Positions 11,986 through 23,789 of a stretch of DNA of 64,000 nucleotides are shown here, piece by piece. The stretch lies in the NCBI GenBank assembly GCA_965113315.1, contig OZ220368.1. One strand, given 5' to 3'. The first letter of the stretch is position 1. Each line of letters opens with the position of its first letter. A model generated the notes under the pieces. The model did not search any database. It was not told the origin of the DNA and saw only the letters and a program-made list of their open reading frames with translations. This stretch comes from Podarcis vaucheri (taxonomy: Eukaryota). A program made the translations under genes and the position numbers.

Positions 11986-12364
11986 GGTAAAGGTAAAGGA
12001 CCCCTTGGTGGTTAAGTCCAGTTAAAGGCGACTGTGGGGTTGCGGCACTCATCTCACTTCAGACCAAGGGAGCCAGCGTTTGTCCACAGACAGCTTTTTG
12101 GGTCACGTGGCCAGCATGACTAAACCACTTCTGGTGCAATGGAACACCGTGACGAAGCCAGAGCTCACGGAAACACCATTTACCTTCCTGTGGCCGCGGT
12201 ACCTATTTATCTACTTGCACTGGAATGCTTTTGAACTGCTAAATTGGCCGGAGCTGGAAAAGAGCAACGGGAGCTCATCCTGTCACGGGGATTCGAACCA
12301 CCGACCTTCTAATCAGCATGCCCAAGAGGCTCAGTGGTTTAGACCACAGCAGCACCCATATCCC
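11986..12364 (-). mobile_element. Full-length Sauria SINE
   Basis: tRNA-like head with B box GGTTCGAATCC (12289-12299), (ACCTTT)n tail, 13-bp TSD ACACCATC(T/C)TATA at 11973-11985 and 12369-12381. Confidence 0.9.
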
Positions 12365-13581
12365 TATAACACCATCCTATACCCTGTTCTAGAGGGTTCC
12401 CCAACACTCTAGAGCTAATTTCAGGGGTCACTAGGGCAGGGGGGGAGGGGGGTTAGGAGAAATTGCTTCTCCTCTTCCTTCTCCAACCAGGTGTCCACTG
12501 AATCACCATCCCTTCAACAAACATAAGGTCACCAAGTGAATTCCACCCATTATTGTTTTCTATTTCACCAGTTATGAATAGTGTTTAAACACTGAATTAT
12601 CACTGCGCATGGAAGCAAATCCTGCCCAGGTCTGAGAATGAACAGGATGGAGTGTGGGGAGAGGATTCCTCAGTGCTTTAGCCAGGAGGCTTGATATCCC
12701 TCCTCCCCACATTAAAATATATATTTATATATAAAAATACTGTGTTATAAACCATCTTCAAAGTGTACAAAATGACCATGGAAACCAAACCTCAATCATG
12801 TAAACAAATCAGCTCACAATTTCTTCATTTTCCCTTTATAGCATGGTGGTGGGGGAGGAGGAGGGGAATATCCCATTCAAAGGGGTGGCAAGTCTTCTTG
12901 AAAAGAACCACAACTTCACCAACACAAATAAAACATAGACTGCATTCATGGAGAGCATCTGATGCTTTTGTTTTTTATCTTCCTCTCCCTCAGAGTTCAT
13001 GAATGTTTTGAGTTCAATAAATAGTACAAAAATAATCCTTTATTTAAAAAATCTTGAGATGCACTGTCCCAGGTCCCATACAGCAATTTGTAAGTGAAAG
13101 GAACGTGTTTTTTTCCTTTTAAAAAAAACACCAACAACCCACAAAAAAGCCTCTCAACAAATGGAAAGCTCGTGGCAATGTCTATTTCTGGAACTGGCAC
13201 TTTCTTTGTTTCTGGCTGCAAAGATTTCTGTTCTTCCAGTTAAGGAAATAAACTCTCTCTCTCTTTCTCTCTCTCCTTTGTCTGAGCACACTCTTTTCTT
13301 GGCTCAGACCAACAGGGTTCAAAAGGCTCCGTTTACTGTATAAACCTTCCTTCCTGTGTTTGGAGGCCGAACATTCCTACTATTCCATTTTATTGAATGT
13401 TATGGCAGGTTCATTCATCATGCTAATTTCTCTTCCACTTCAGAGCCAACCTTGCATTTTGGAAATGTAAGGTTTTCATGTGAAACGAGTCCAGTGAAGT
13501 TAGTCAAAACCATGCCTCGTAAAGGTATAAAAGTCAAGTCTCCTCTCAGCTGCATTTTTCCCCTCCCAAGGCCAGAGGTCA

Positions 13582-13820
13582 TTAGCATTCCGCATCAACA
13601 GTATGTACTGTGACCGCAGCCTGTAAGTGGTGACTGTGATGAAGTGCTGGGTGATGCAACCTGTAGTGGTGGAACTTGTGACTCAAGAGGGCAGCAGTCT
13701 GAGGAGGGGTATCCAGGTCTAAATCTTCATCATGATTGCCCACGTCTACACCAGCTGACAATGGGTCGTTATTGCAGGGAGGGTTTTCGCTGTCTTCCTG
13801 AGGACTCATAGTACTGTAGC
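13582..13820 (-). CDS. CACHD1: CACHD1 last coding exon (exon 27): GYSTMSPQEDSENPP...HHLQAAVTVHTVDAEC*
   Basis: TTCCAG acceptor, phase 1, TAA at 13582-13584; near-identical to the known CACHD1 C-terminus. Confidence 0.96.
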
Positions 13821-16099
13821 CTGGAAAATATAAAGCCATATTGGTAAGAAGCGGTGGCTGTATATAGGCAAACAACAACAACAAACTCAGAAATTTACAC
13901 CACTAAAATAATGCACCCAAAACGCAGCAATCCTAAATGCCGCTTGGGTGTTGGTATTTACTATTTGTTAAATTTGTATGTCCCCCTGTACCTGCAGGTC
14001 TCAGGGCGGTTCACAAGATACAAATCTCCATATAAGAACACAAAATACATAATCAAAATAAAACAAAAACAACCCAATAACCCCCTTGTTTGATTTCCTC
14101 CATACTCTCCCAGGTTTTTGCCTCCATAAAGCCTTGCACTGAAATTCCTGGTTTTCACGCATGATTCAAATTTTCATTCGAAAAGGCAACTTTATAATTA
14201 TACTGCTTTAACTTCTTTGTCCAAGGTGGTCAACAGATCACACTCATGTATATTTGGGGAAGTATCCATGACAAATTGGTCTTCAGCCTGAGCAGAACCT
14301 GCCAGTTTTGTATGTCAACATAAGTTACCTCAGTGTGGACTCCTAGACAGTTGCTCTTCAGAAGTGTGGACCTAAACTAATCAGATGTCACCATAAAAGG
14401 AAGGAGGGGAAACAGCCATCACAAGTCCAGTAATCATAAAGATCTCCCTAACATGGCTACTCCATTTATCTTTTGTACTTAACCATTTGCAATGAAGTAA
14501 ACGAGAACATGCCCAGAGCTACAATACAGCAAGACAAGGAACCTGTTTGGAGCCAGTATGATGTACTGAATCTCTCTTTGGATAGAAGACCCATCGTTGC
14601 CTGAGCAAATGCAATTTGTTCAATACCGTAACTGAGACACAATGGCATTATCTCTAAGAAAACAAAACCAAAATAAATAACAATTTAAGATCCCCTATGG
14701 GATCTCATTTGTGTTTCCTTTTATCTGCACTGATGCTTTGGGGCATTTATCTGCCTTTCAGTTACTGGCAACATTGATTGGAACCAGCACCATTAAAATC
14801 CACAGTTTGAGGGGATATTTCAGCTAATTTGTCTGGCTGCACTTAAGTGAGCTTTTGAAGTCCGCTACAAAGAGAGAGAGAAAAGCCCTAAAGATGATGG
14901 GGGGGGGGAGGAGGAGAAGAGGGTGAGCAATGTCCAATAACATTGCCACCCAAAAATATATGGAAATGTACACATACTCTGTAAATATATGAACAGGCAA
15001 GAAATAGTTTTCAATAACAATACAGTTTTTTAAAATAACAGTATTAGGCAAAGAAGGTGCAACGTATGCCTACTTGTTAGAAGTCTTCAGATTTTGTACT
15101 GCAAAATTTAACTGAGTGCAGTACCTTACAAATAAACTTGGACAGTGTGACATTTTGTACAAATCCGTGAGAAACAGTAAAACACTCAACATGTAACAGG
15201 TCACTGGAATGAACTGGTCTTCCGCCTGCTTCCTAATAGTCCATGACCACGAAGCCACAAAAAGTGTTGCTCAATGGCCTGCTTACTCATTTATTTTTTA
15301 AAAGCTGTTTCTAGTTAAGCCAATCAGGCAAATATTTCCTCCAAAACTGTCAGCTTCTGACAGTCTCAACGGCCACATAGAGGGGTCCGTATGGTGGCAC
15401 CAGGCAACCAAGCTGGAGATTTTTCCATCCCTGCTGTATGGCATCAATACTGTAGGGTGATAAATGCAAGAAAGGCAAGGTTTATTTGCAACATTTGGAG
15501 ACAGGGTGTCTTCCTGCTTGTGATTGTACTTACTATTATGCAATATATCACTCTCTCAAGTTGTTCTAGACTTACTTGATTCTGCCTTGCTCCCCTTCAA
15601 ACACAATACTACAATCTCCAACCCGTATTTAGTATTTTTGTTATGAAACAGCAGACACCTTAATATATCAGCATGCCTCTTTGGAACCATTTTTCACATA
15701 CTGGGTTATGAAACACATCTCATTTTAAAGGGGAGTTATCTTTAGAAAAGCTAGTGGACACTATAAATTGTCTGAAGTAAGGAATTACAGAGATCCGTTT
15801 GGAAGGTGGACACTCTCTAATCTTGTGCCAGTCTCTCTGATTAAAAGGAAACAGGAGAAAGGGGAACGTCTGCCATGTAGATGCCCCAAGGATCCATTTC
15901 AGAGTAGCAAACAGGATGAGAAACGCAGATGACATGTTTACAGTCATAAAATGAGGCATCCCAAGTTGGACACACCCAAAGTCACAAGCTATTGTTCAAG
16001 GTCCTTGACTACTTTATGTTGCTTCTGGAAACAGACTAGTAAAAAGAAATTATGCAGTGTTTCAGGGCCACTAAACACACAGATTTTTTAGGGATAAAT

Positions 16100-16735
16100 A
16101 AAAAAAGCAAAAGTATTGTGGCAGCTTTCACAAACTAATTATGGCATAAGCATTTATGGACCACTGTCCAAAAGCAGCTTGCCAGGTGGAGCACAGCTGC
16201 CAGGCTACTTTTCCCACTTGGTTGCTCTTGCTTACTGAGGGGGTGGGGTGAGGAAATGGGGAGATCAGCATGGTGCAAACACAGCAGCAGAGCCAATCTG
16301 GTGCTCATGTCAGCGCATTTGCACTGTGGTGACCTCGCCGCCACCTCGCCATTCCTTCTCTCCTTCTCGGTATTTAGAAATGGTCCATCTGCTGGGAATT
16401 TAGTGTAGTGACTCAACCCCACCTACCAAACCGCTTGTTACCTTCCATTTCATTAGATGCATGAAGTTTTATTGTGAATTGCAGGGACGTGTACATGTGT
16501 GTGAGGCGAGAATTGTAAACGGTGAGGTCAGAGGAAAATGAAAGGCAGAAAGTGCATGGACAGCAATAGTTTCATAACCGACAGTGGTCATTCACAAAAT
16601 AGTAGTTGGTGATAACACAAGGAGTCTGTCTGAGCATAAGCTACTGTTTTGTGATTTAGCACCAATCATGATGTAATAATCACTGTCTCTGAACTTTTTG
16701 TGTTTCATTTCCTTCTGACTTCATTGTTTCCCATC
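16100..16735 (-). mobile_element. Penelope-like retroelement remnant with inverted segment, interrupted by a ~280-bp insert
   Basis: Minus-strand GCATCTAATGAAATGG...CCATAAATGCTTATGCCATAA terminal motif split by 16163-16440; inverted repeat 16515-16556/16690-16731. Confidence 0.5.
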
Positions 16736-18459
16736 AGACTCAATAACTTATGTGTATGTATACCTGTAACTCAGGATCTGGCTGCATACCTGTAACCAAC
16801 TGAACCCACTATATTATGGAAACACTCATGTGGTAGTCCTCTCAAATACCTGAACTGCCTCAGAATACACACAGGGGATCAGAATTATACTTCCTATAGG
16901 ATGTCAAATATACAACACAGGTTTACATTTCCCCCCCTTTCCCTTTTTGTTTGGTCTAACGAACAAAACAGAACATGTTCTATATTTTTTAAAATGTGCT
17001 AAAAACATGTCTGTCTAACTAGTGTGGCATTGCCATGTTTCCTCTTTCAAATTCTGATTTTGTCCACCAGGCACTGATAAAATGTGCCACATTCTTTTAC
17101 CAGACTATTATTGCCATTGTCATTATTTACCACTTTTTGCCTCCAACCCGCAAGCACTGAAGAGGCATATGGATTCAAATACCTAGCAACAGTATATTGT
17201 TGAAAGCACAGAGATAGATGATATCTTTACCCTTGCTTGGTGGTGGGTAACTTTGGAAGTAAGTGAAAAGTGCTAGCACTCGTGTGATACAGTCTTTCCC
17301 CATGAATGACTGTACCACCTTGGCCTTTACTGGTTTCCCTTCTTAGGTTAGACTTCCTCCTGAAACACATACTTTCCAGGTAGGCACAGATTATAGTTGG
17401 GGGAACACAATCAAATACGCAAGTGCCTTGTGTGTGTTCTGAGATGTGTATTCTGATTCTTAATAAGCTCTTCGTTTCATGTATCGCATGGAGATGTTGT
17501 CATCTAGAAACATTCAAGGACTCCAAGAAATAAAATACAAACACAGTCCTCTCCCTGTCCCCACATTTAGCAACATAACATATCCGTATTTATAGTAAAA
17601 GTGACACGAAGATACAGCTGACAACGCTGGCAGAAACACTCGCTAAACTTATATTAATCCTCTTAGTGGACTCATCAACTTGATACAGGTTTGAAGACTT
17701 AGAAGCAGCTGCTCACTCTTGCTAGCTATTTCTCATAGGTCAATTATGTGGCAAAACCCATAGCCCAGCAACAAAGGGAATGCCAGAAAACCCAAATGCT
17801 ATCAGAATAAACATCTTCCCTACCTATAGCCATATATGGTTGTATAGAATCAATATATTTTCTTGTGTGTCGCATGTTCTTTGCTCAAATATAATGCACG
17901 GCAGGAAGCCAAGACAGCATTCAACTTTTTTTTAAAACAAAAATCTAACATAAAACAAAAATCTAACAAAAGCTTAATTTAACCCAGCAACCAGGAGGCC
18001 CATGTTGCTAGAAATTAAAGGCTGTTTTTATAAAACTTGCGCAGTTCATTTCAAATGACACAAAGGAATGAAGAGTTTCTCCTCTTTTCTGGAGAATTTG
18101 AAAGACGTCAGGACTAGCAGGAGGCGAAAGGGGGAGGGAGTGTGAGATTAGTGGTGTCCTGTGCCTCTTGGAATGCTGAGAGGTTATGTAATAATGCTGG
18201 TGCTATCCATACGATTAAGATACTGAGCACAGACTTAAGCTAAAGGATTCGTGTTGGAAGATCACCCTGACAAAAATAGCTTCCGACGCTGGATAAAGTC
18301 TTGCCCTGGAATGGGAAAGTGTCAAAATTGTTTTCAAGTATGGAAGAAACAAGGAGCGGCGTTGGGAACGATTTGTTTGATGATTTGTCCGCAATGCTGC
18401 CAAGAGGCAGAAGTAAGATGAGCGCATAATACAGACGTCAGCAACTTCCAAAGTCTTAC

Positions 18460-18561
18460 CATGATCGCTTTCTGTTCCTGAGCGTCCCCAGTAGCGGCGT
18501 CTACGTTCTGGGCTGTGCGCATGGCGCTCGATAACTGCTGCTATAAACCGGGTGTTGCTGA
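18460..18561 (-). CDS. CACHD1: CACHD1 exon 26: ISNTRFIAAVIERHAHSPERRRRYWGRSGTESDH
   Basis: TTCTAG acceptor, GTAAGA donor, 102 nt, phase 1-1. Confidence 0.95.
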
Positions 18562-19566
18562 CTAGAAGTGAGCCGAGTAAGAAGGGGGGAGGGAGAAAAA
18601 AGTTTACACTGAGCACACATTCTCAAATAAAGCATCCGTTTAGAAAAGATTTTATGAAAGAGATCATTATAAGGTTGCTGTGGAATTCCAATATTGACCA
18701 AACTCCCCCCTCCCTTTTAAAAATCTGTTGTTGTACTTTATATGCCCAGTGGAATTCATAATAGGAGCCATCTTCAGCCTTCGTCTGAACACGAGGGTTA
18801 AAACTGTGTAGAGGGATGAGGGCACATTGATCACATTTCTGAATCTCACAACAAGGAGAGTAGCTGCTGGTTTTCTGTCGCAGGGTCAGCACTGTGTGTG
18901 CCTCATGACAAATCTGGAAGGAAATTATACCCACACCTGTCTTTAAGGCACCTTAAGTTACAGCGTTCGCTGCAAAAAATACCAGTGGCAGCTAAAACCT
19001 GGCAATGCAACCACAGGAACCTGTAGAATAATAGCTGTGATTCAGTCTGCTACATTTATATCTAGGTTTCAGGCTCCTTGAAAGCTAGCAAGTCTAATTT
19101 AGATTCTGGGAGGTGACTTGGTGTCTGACGGCAGGCATACCGTCAGTGAGGGCACAGAAATCAGCAAGTTAAGATCAACTGCGGTTCATCAGCTGTTTGA
19201 ACTAAGGGCTGCATTTATATTTGCCAGATTGTGTAAGATCTTTGAAAGAATGTAAGGAGGCAGGAGGTGGAGTGATACAATGAACAGAATGTTGGCCCAG
19301 CTTCAAATCACTGTTCAGCCAGTGGGTGGCTTTAGGGCAAGTCAATAATTTTCTATTGTTGCCTCCGGTCTGTAAGCAGGAAAATACTGCAGTGTCACTC
19401 GCAGGGTTGATGCGAGAATGATTGGGACCCAAAACCATAAGGCAACTTTTGTCATCCTGATGGTGATAAATGCTATGTGTTGGAAAGGCGTGCAGAAGAA
19501 ACAGCACCAAGCCTCATCCCATAGTGTTCCCCACCTGCAAGGACAGTGTGACTGCTTCATACTTAC

Positions 19567-19644
19567 TGATTCCTCTGTCTTCGTGACTGTCGTCATCCCT
19601 CTCATCCCTCTCATTCTCCAGGTTGGACATGCGGACTGACATCT
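19567..19644 (-). CDS. CACHD1: CACHD1 exon 25: EMSVRMSNLENERDERDDDSHEDRGI
   Basis: GTGTAG acceptor, GTAAGT donor, 78 nt, phase 1-1. Confidence 0.93.
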
Positions 19645-20872
19645 CTACACACCATTACAAACAGAGAAATTGCAACTGTTAAGGGTGAAGATGTTGCATT
19701 AGCCTGCAAAAGTGCCCATCTTTGGAAATGGCTGTGAGATGCCCCCCTTTTTTCCTGAGAACAAGAGATCTGAGGTCCAGAAGCCTCACAGCCAACCATT
19801 TTAATATTTTGGTTAAAACTATGGACAGCAAGTTCCAAAAGGGCATGTACCAATATTGAAACCAATATTGAAACATTGAAAACAAACTTGCTAACCTCTT
19901 GCTTCTCTTTCTTGAGCCACTTCAACAACAGTTAGTCACAAACTATGGGTGACTTATTTTGACTTAACTACTACTGAAGCAGTTGCCTATTAAAATTGCT
20001 ACCATGAAACTCAATTTTTTCAACAACAGCACCCTTAAAAAATATTTTGATTATCATGCTCATAGGGTCAGTTGTGAGTGTGCTAGCATAACAACCGTTC
20101 ATATTTGTCAGATAATGGGCTTCCTACAGTCTATGTTCAAAAGGCTCTGGTTATGCTCTTAAGTTTTTTATTGAATGGTGACTGTTTCTTAATTCCTGTG
20201 ATTGCTTGTCCAGGACTAGCACACTGGCTGTCAACATTTACGGAGCACAATATTTAGTTTAATTTAGGAAACGTTATAATAAAATGAGGAATAATGTGCT
20301 TGTTTTTTCATTTCATAAAGAGAAATTCCCTAATACCGGATACCCTTTCTCATTTGTGTTTCTGGTATATGTCATCTTCTGTTCAGTTGGAACAGAAGAA
20401 AACGTCTAGGAAAAAAGAACTTCGGAAGCAGGAGGCATTCAAAAGTATCATGACAACATAATGCACGCATATTTATGCTGAAATCATTCACATCAGTAAT
20501 GGTCAGGAGTCTAGACAGGAATGTAGAATCCTAAACTCTAAAATGAGAAATTGTATTTGCAAGAACCTAGAAAGAGGTGTGTTGCTATGTTTTTAAGGTC
20601 ATTTATCTAGAACAGTCCAGCTTTAAATTCTGCATCCAGCAGAGGGCAGCAGGGCCCATTCTATGTCACAGCAGATAATGTAAAGTGAACATTCTGAGAC
20701 GCATGATTACAATAAACCTTGGATTATCAGAAAAAGTGCTAGGGCAACCCTCAAAGTAAGTTGTTTCAGCTGTTGTGGCCAGAAACTCTTTGAACAATTT
20801 GCATACTCTCTGCAACCCGCACCCTCCACAAAATAGTGGTGTTTTTGTTTTTTGTTTTTAAAAAGTTCTTAC

Positions 20873-21034
20873 CTTGTGCGGCAAGTGGGGACATGTGCTG
20901 GTGGCTTCTGCGGTGAATCTGATGACGATAGGCATAGACTGCCAGAACTAGCACCATTATGCATCCCATAATACCTCCAGCAACAGGACCAACTGGAGCA
21001 CTTTTAATCATATTTAAAGCTATCACCTCATCTC
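20873..21034 (-). CDS. CACHD1: CACHD1 exon 24, transmembrane helix: GDEVIALNMIKSAPVGPVAGGIMGCIMVLVLAVYAYRHQIHRRSHQHMSPLAAQ
   Basis: AAAG acceptor, GTAAGA donor, 162 nt, phase 1-1. Confidence 0.94.
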
Positions 21035-21158
21035 CTTTATTTCAGAGGGGGAGGGGGGGAAATAAATAAAGCTTATGTAAATGCTTTACAAAAAGTTCAA
21101 ACCACCCGAAATGTAAATTAGAAGTGAAAGAGAAAATCACAACAATTACTGTATAATA

Positions 21159-21400
21159 CAGTCGTGCCTTGGTTGACGAATGCATTAGCAGTCAAATGTT
21201 TTGGCTCCCGAATGCCGCAAACTTGGAAGTGAGTGTTCCAGTTTGCGAGCGTTCTTTTGGAAGCCGAACATCTGGCGGGGCTTCTGATTGGCTGCAGGAA
21301 GCTCCTGCAGCCAACTGGAAGCTGCGCCTTGGAAGTAAAACGTTTTGGAAGTCAAACAGACCTCTGGAACAGCTTCCGTTCGGCTTCCAAGGTATGACTA
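21159..21400. mobile_element. Tc1/mariner (Tigger-like) MITE
   Basis: TA|CAGTCGTGCCTTGG...CCAAGGTATGACTA|TA imperfect TIRs; internal palindrome. Confidence 0.78.
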
Positions 21401-21559
21401 TACTGATTGCATAGAGAAACTCCCAAAATTAAAAAGTATCAGCCTTTAAAGGGACACACTGTAAGAATACAAATCTGTTGACTATTCTAGGTAACATGCA
21501 CACAAGAGCGATATGCTGGAAGATTGGTACGAATGGATGCAAAATTCCCCGTTCAAGTT

Positions 21560-21965
21560 TGTTTGTTTTTTCTTAAAATATTTCTATACTGCCATATCAT
21601 AAGATGCATCAAGGCGTTGTATAGTATAAAACATAAAGCATCATTTTAAATATGTAAAAAAATAATACAGATATTCATCCATGACCAATCAAAAATAAAT
21701 CAGGTGCAAAGGCCCCTCAGCACAAAAATGATGCCTGGAAGTCAAGTGTTAGAATGCTTGCCAAATCTCTGCTTCAAGAGAGTTCCATGGTATGAGAATG
21801 ACAGCACTAAATGTCCAAATTATCGTTGAGGCCAAGTTGGTCTCTGTAACATGGGGAGCCACTAACAACTCTCCTTTGGATGATCTCTGTGATCATACAT
21901 ATAAAGGTTCAGGTGGCTTTTCGGGGTATCCTGGGCCCAATTGTTCAGGGCTTTGTCAACAACTT
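21560..21965 (-). mobile_element. Probable old L2-type LINE 3' fragment
   Basis: Resembles squamate L2 3' ends in antisense; degraded, boundaries approximate. Confidence 0.35.
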
Positions 21966-22449
21966 TGTCCTCAAAGTGTCTGGCAAGCTGCTCACAGGTA
22001 GTCACCGTGCACTCCAGGGATCCATCCCCTAAATCTGGGGTAATGAGTCTCTGGACCACATGAAACAATTCTGCCAACCTTGAGGATGCAATGCTTGCAA
22101 TACAGTATGGGTTGTTTCCTGCCTTCACATGACAGGCACGATTATGTGTCCTAAACACATCCTTTGTCCACTCTGGAAAGAGATTTCCACCACTTGCGCC
22201 CCAGTGCTTGCCCAGCCTGCTTCATCAACCGCAGCTTCTCAGAGTACCAGGGAGCAATGTGATCAACAAACACGCCAACAATGGCACTTCATCTTACAGT
22301 GTGCAATGGCTGAAAATGCAGGGGAAAGCCCTAAGATATTCTGTCGTAAGGATGTTCCAAGTGACTTGTACAATCTGTCCAGGTTTGACTATATGACAGA
22401 TGTGAATGCATTAAATACATTGATGTTTGTCCACCATGACCATCCTTAC

Positions 22450-22601
22450 CAATAGCTCCCATGTCATCCACGTAAGGGCTTTTGGCACCCACAATTCCAC
22501 CAAAGCATTCCTTCTGAGGAGCGCAGTAGGATCTATCTAAATGGGTCTTTCCATCGCTGTCTACCATACACCACTCACAGTCCAAGACACCAAAGCAATC
22601 C
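22450..22601 (-). CDS. CACHD1: CACHD1 exon 23: DCFGVLDCEWCMVDSDGKTHLDRSYCAPQKECFGGIVGAKSPYVDDMGAI
   Basis: TTGCAG acceptor, GTAAGG donor, 152 nt, phase 2-1. Confidence 0.95.
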
Positions 22602-22949
22602 CTGCAAGACAAGGAAATGGCAGTGAGGATTATTAGAACTCTGCTGTCCCAAATCTCAGAAAACATACTACTGAAACTGTTCTCCACCCCCACCCCCCAA
22701 AGTTAAAGGTGCAACTTCCCTTAAAAGTGAAGCAAGACCATTTTCTTGCGGCGGCATGTTACACTAAGCTTGTATAAGGCCACCTCCCCTCATTTCCCAG
22801 TGTCGCTGATTTTAAGTCAAGGGCAGTGTTGTGACAAGGCCCACTATGAAATTCAATCATGATTTGCTGTTACCGCACTACAGGTGTTTTATTTTAGATT
22901 CACTCGTGTTTGTGTGTGTGTATGTGTATGGAAAACCCATGAACTTCAC

Positions 22950-23066
22950 CTGCTCTCCATCCTTTGGTTGCACCGTGTATTAATACATTGAGGAAGAGCA
23001 TCTTGGAGACTGGGATCGACTGCAATAAATGTCATAGGTTCTTGATGGACTTCACAACTAGGATTT
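22950..23066 (-). CDS. CACHD1: CACHD1 exon 22: NPSCEVHQEPMTFIAVDPSLQDALPQCINTRCNQRMES
   Basis: CTTTAG acceptor, GTGAAG donor, 117 nt, phase 2-2; not in the ORF track, translated manually. Confidence 0.92.
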
Positions 23067-23243
23067 CTAAAGTTTGGGAAAAGCACAGGGGGGGGGAATC
23101 AGTTACTAAGAGTTATGAGAAAATGTCCTCCGATTTAGAACGTATAGTACGCTGCGCACCTATCAGCAAATATAACGCACGCACATGTGTTGTGAACTCC
23201 CCCCGGGGGGGGGGGAATCATTATTGTGCTAGTCCTAACTTAC

Positions 23244-23330
23244 CTGCTTTCTGCATTGGTAAGGTTGCCAGTACACTCATTAACCTCTAGGGGGCACTCA
23301 CAAGGACATTCACATTCGTTCTGCTCCATT
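23244..23330 (-). CDS. CACHD1: CACHD1 exon 21: MEQNECECPCECPLEVNECTGNLTNAES
   Basis: CTGAAG acceptor, GTAAGT donor, 87 nt, phase 2-2. Confidence 0.93.
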
Positions 23331-23492
23331 CTTCAGGAAGGAAAGAAAGAACAAACGAGACAATGCTTATTAGAATCACATTTATTTCTAAAAGAAAGAA
23401 AGATGTCTGCGAGTCTCTTATCCTGGGTCAAATCTCTCTTTCACATGCACACTTATAACACTGAAAGTCCACTTGGGCAAAGATGTCATATA

Positions 23493-23718
23493 CAGTGCTA
23501 CCTCGGGTTACAGACGGTTCAGGTTACAAGCTCCGCTCACCCAGAAATAGTACCTCGAGTTAAGAACTTTTCTTCAGTATGAGAACAGAAATCGTGCTCC
23601 AGCGGTGCAGCAGCAGCGGGAGGCTCCATTAGCTAAAGTGGTGCTTCAGGTTAAGAACAGTTTTAGGTTAAGAACAGACCTCCAGAACGAATTAAGTTCT
23701 TAACCTGAGGTACCACTG
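23493..23718. mobile_element. Tc1/mariner MITE, same family as 519-761
   Basis: TA|CAGTGCTACCTC...GAGGTACCACTG|TA; shared internal sequence (CCATTAGCTAAAGTGGTGCTTCAGGTTAAGAACAG). Confidence 0.88.
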
Positions 23719-23789
23719 TACTGCAGAACATCTCATAGTTTCAGTGCACTCTGTGTTGTACTGAGCATATTGCCGATGCAACTGCAGGA

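Larger units (their letters stand above)
11380..13581 (-). other. CACHD1: Probable CACHD1 3' UTR (~2.2 kb)
   Basis: Runs from the TAA stop to the candidate PAS; AU-rich; a proximal AATAAA also occurs at 13039-13044; the 3' end is inferred. Confidence 0.55.

Noticed and set aside
12280-12364. tRNA gene
   Set aside because: The A/B boxes belong to the SINE head; no complete cloverleaf.
18215-18459. 81-codon in-frame read-through of exon 26 as an alternative C-terminus
   Set aside because: Strong GTAAGA donor and no recognisable protein features; cannot be supported without transcripts.
3514-18460. In-frame CACHD1-RAVER2 read-through fusion
   Set aside because: The last CACHD1 donors are phase 1 while RAVER2 intron 1 is phase 0, so the simple fusion is out of frame; no other evidence.
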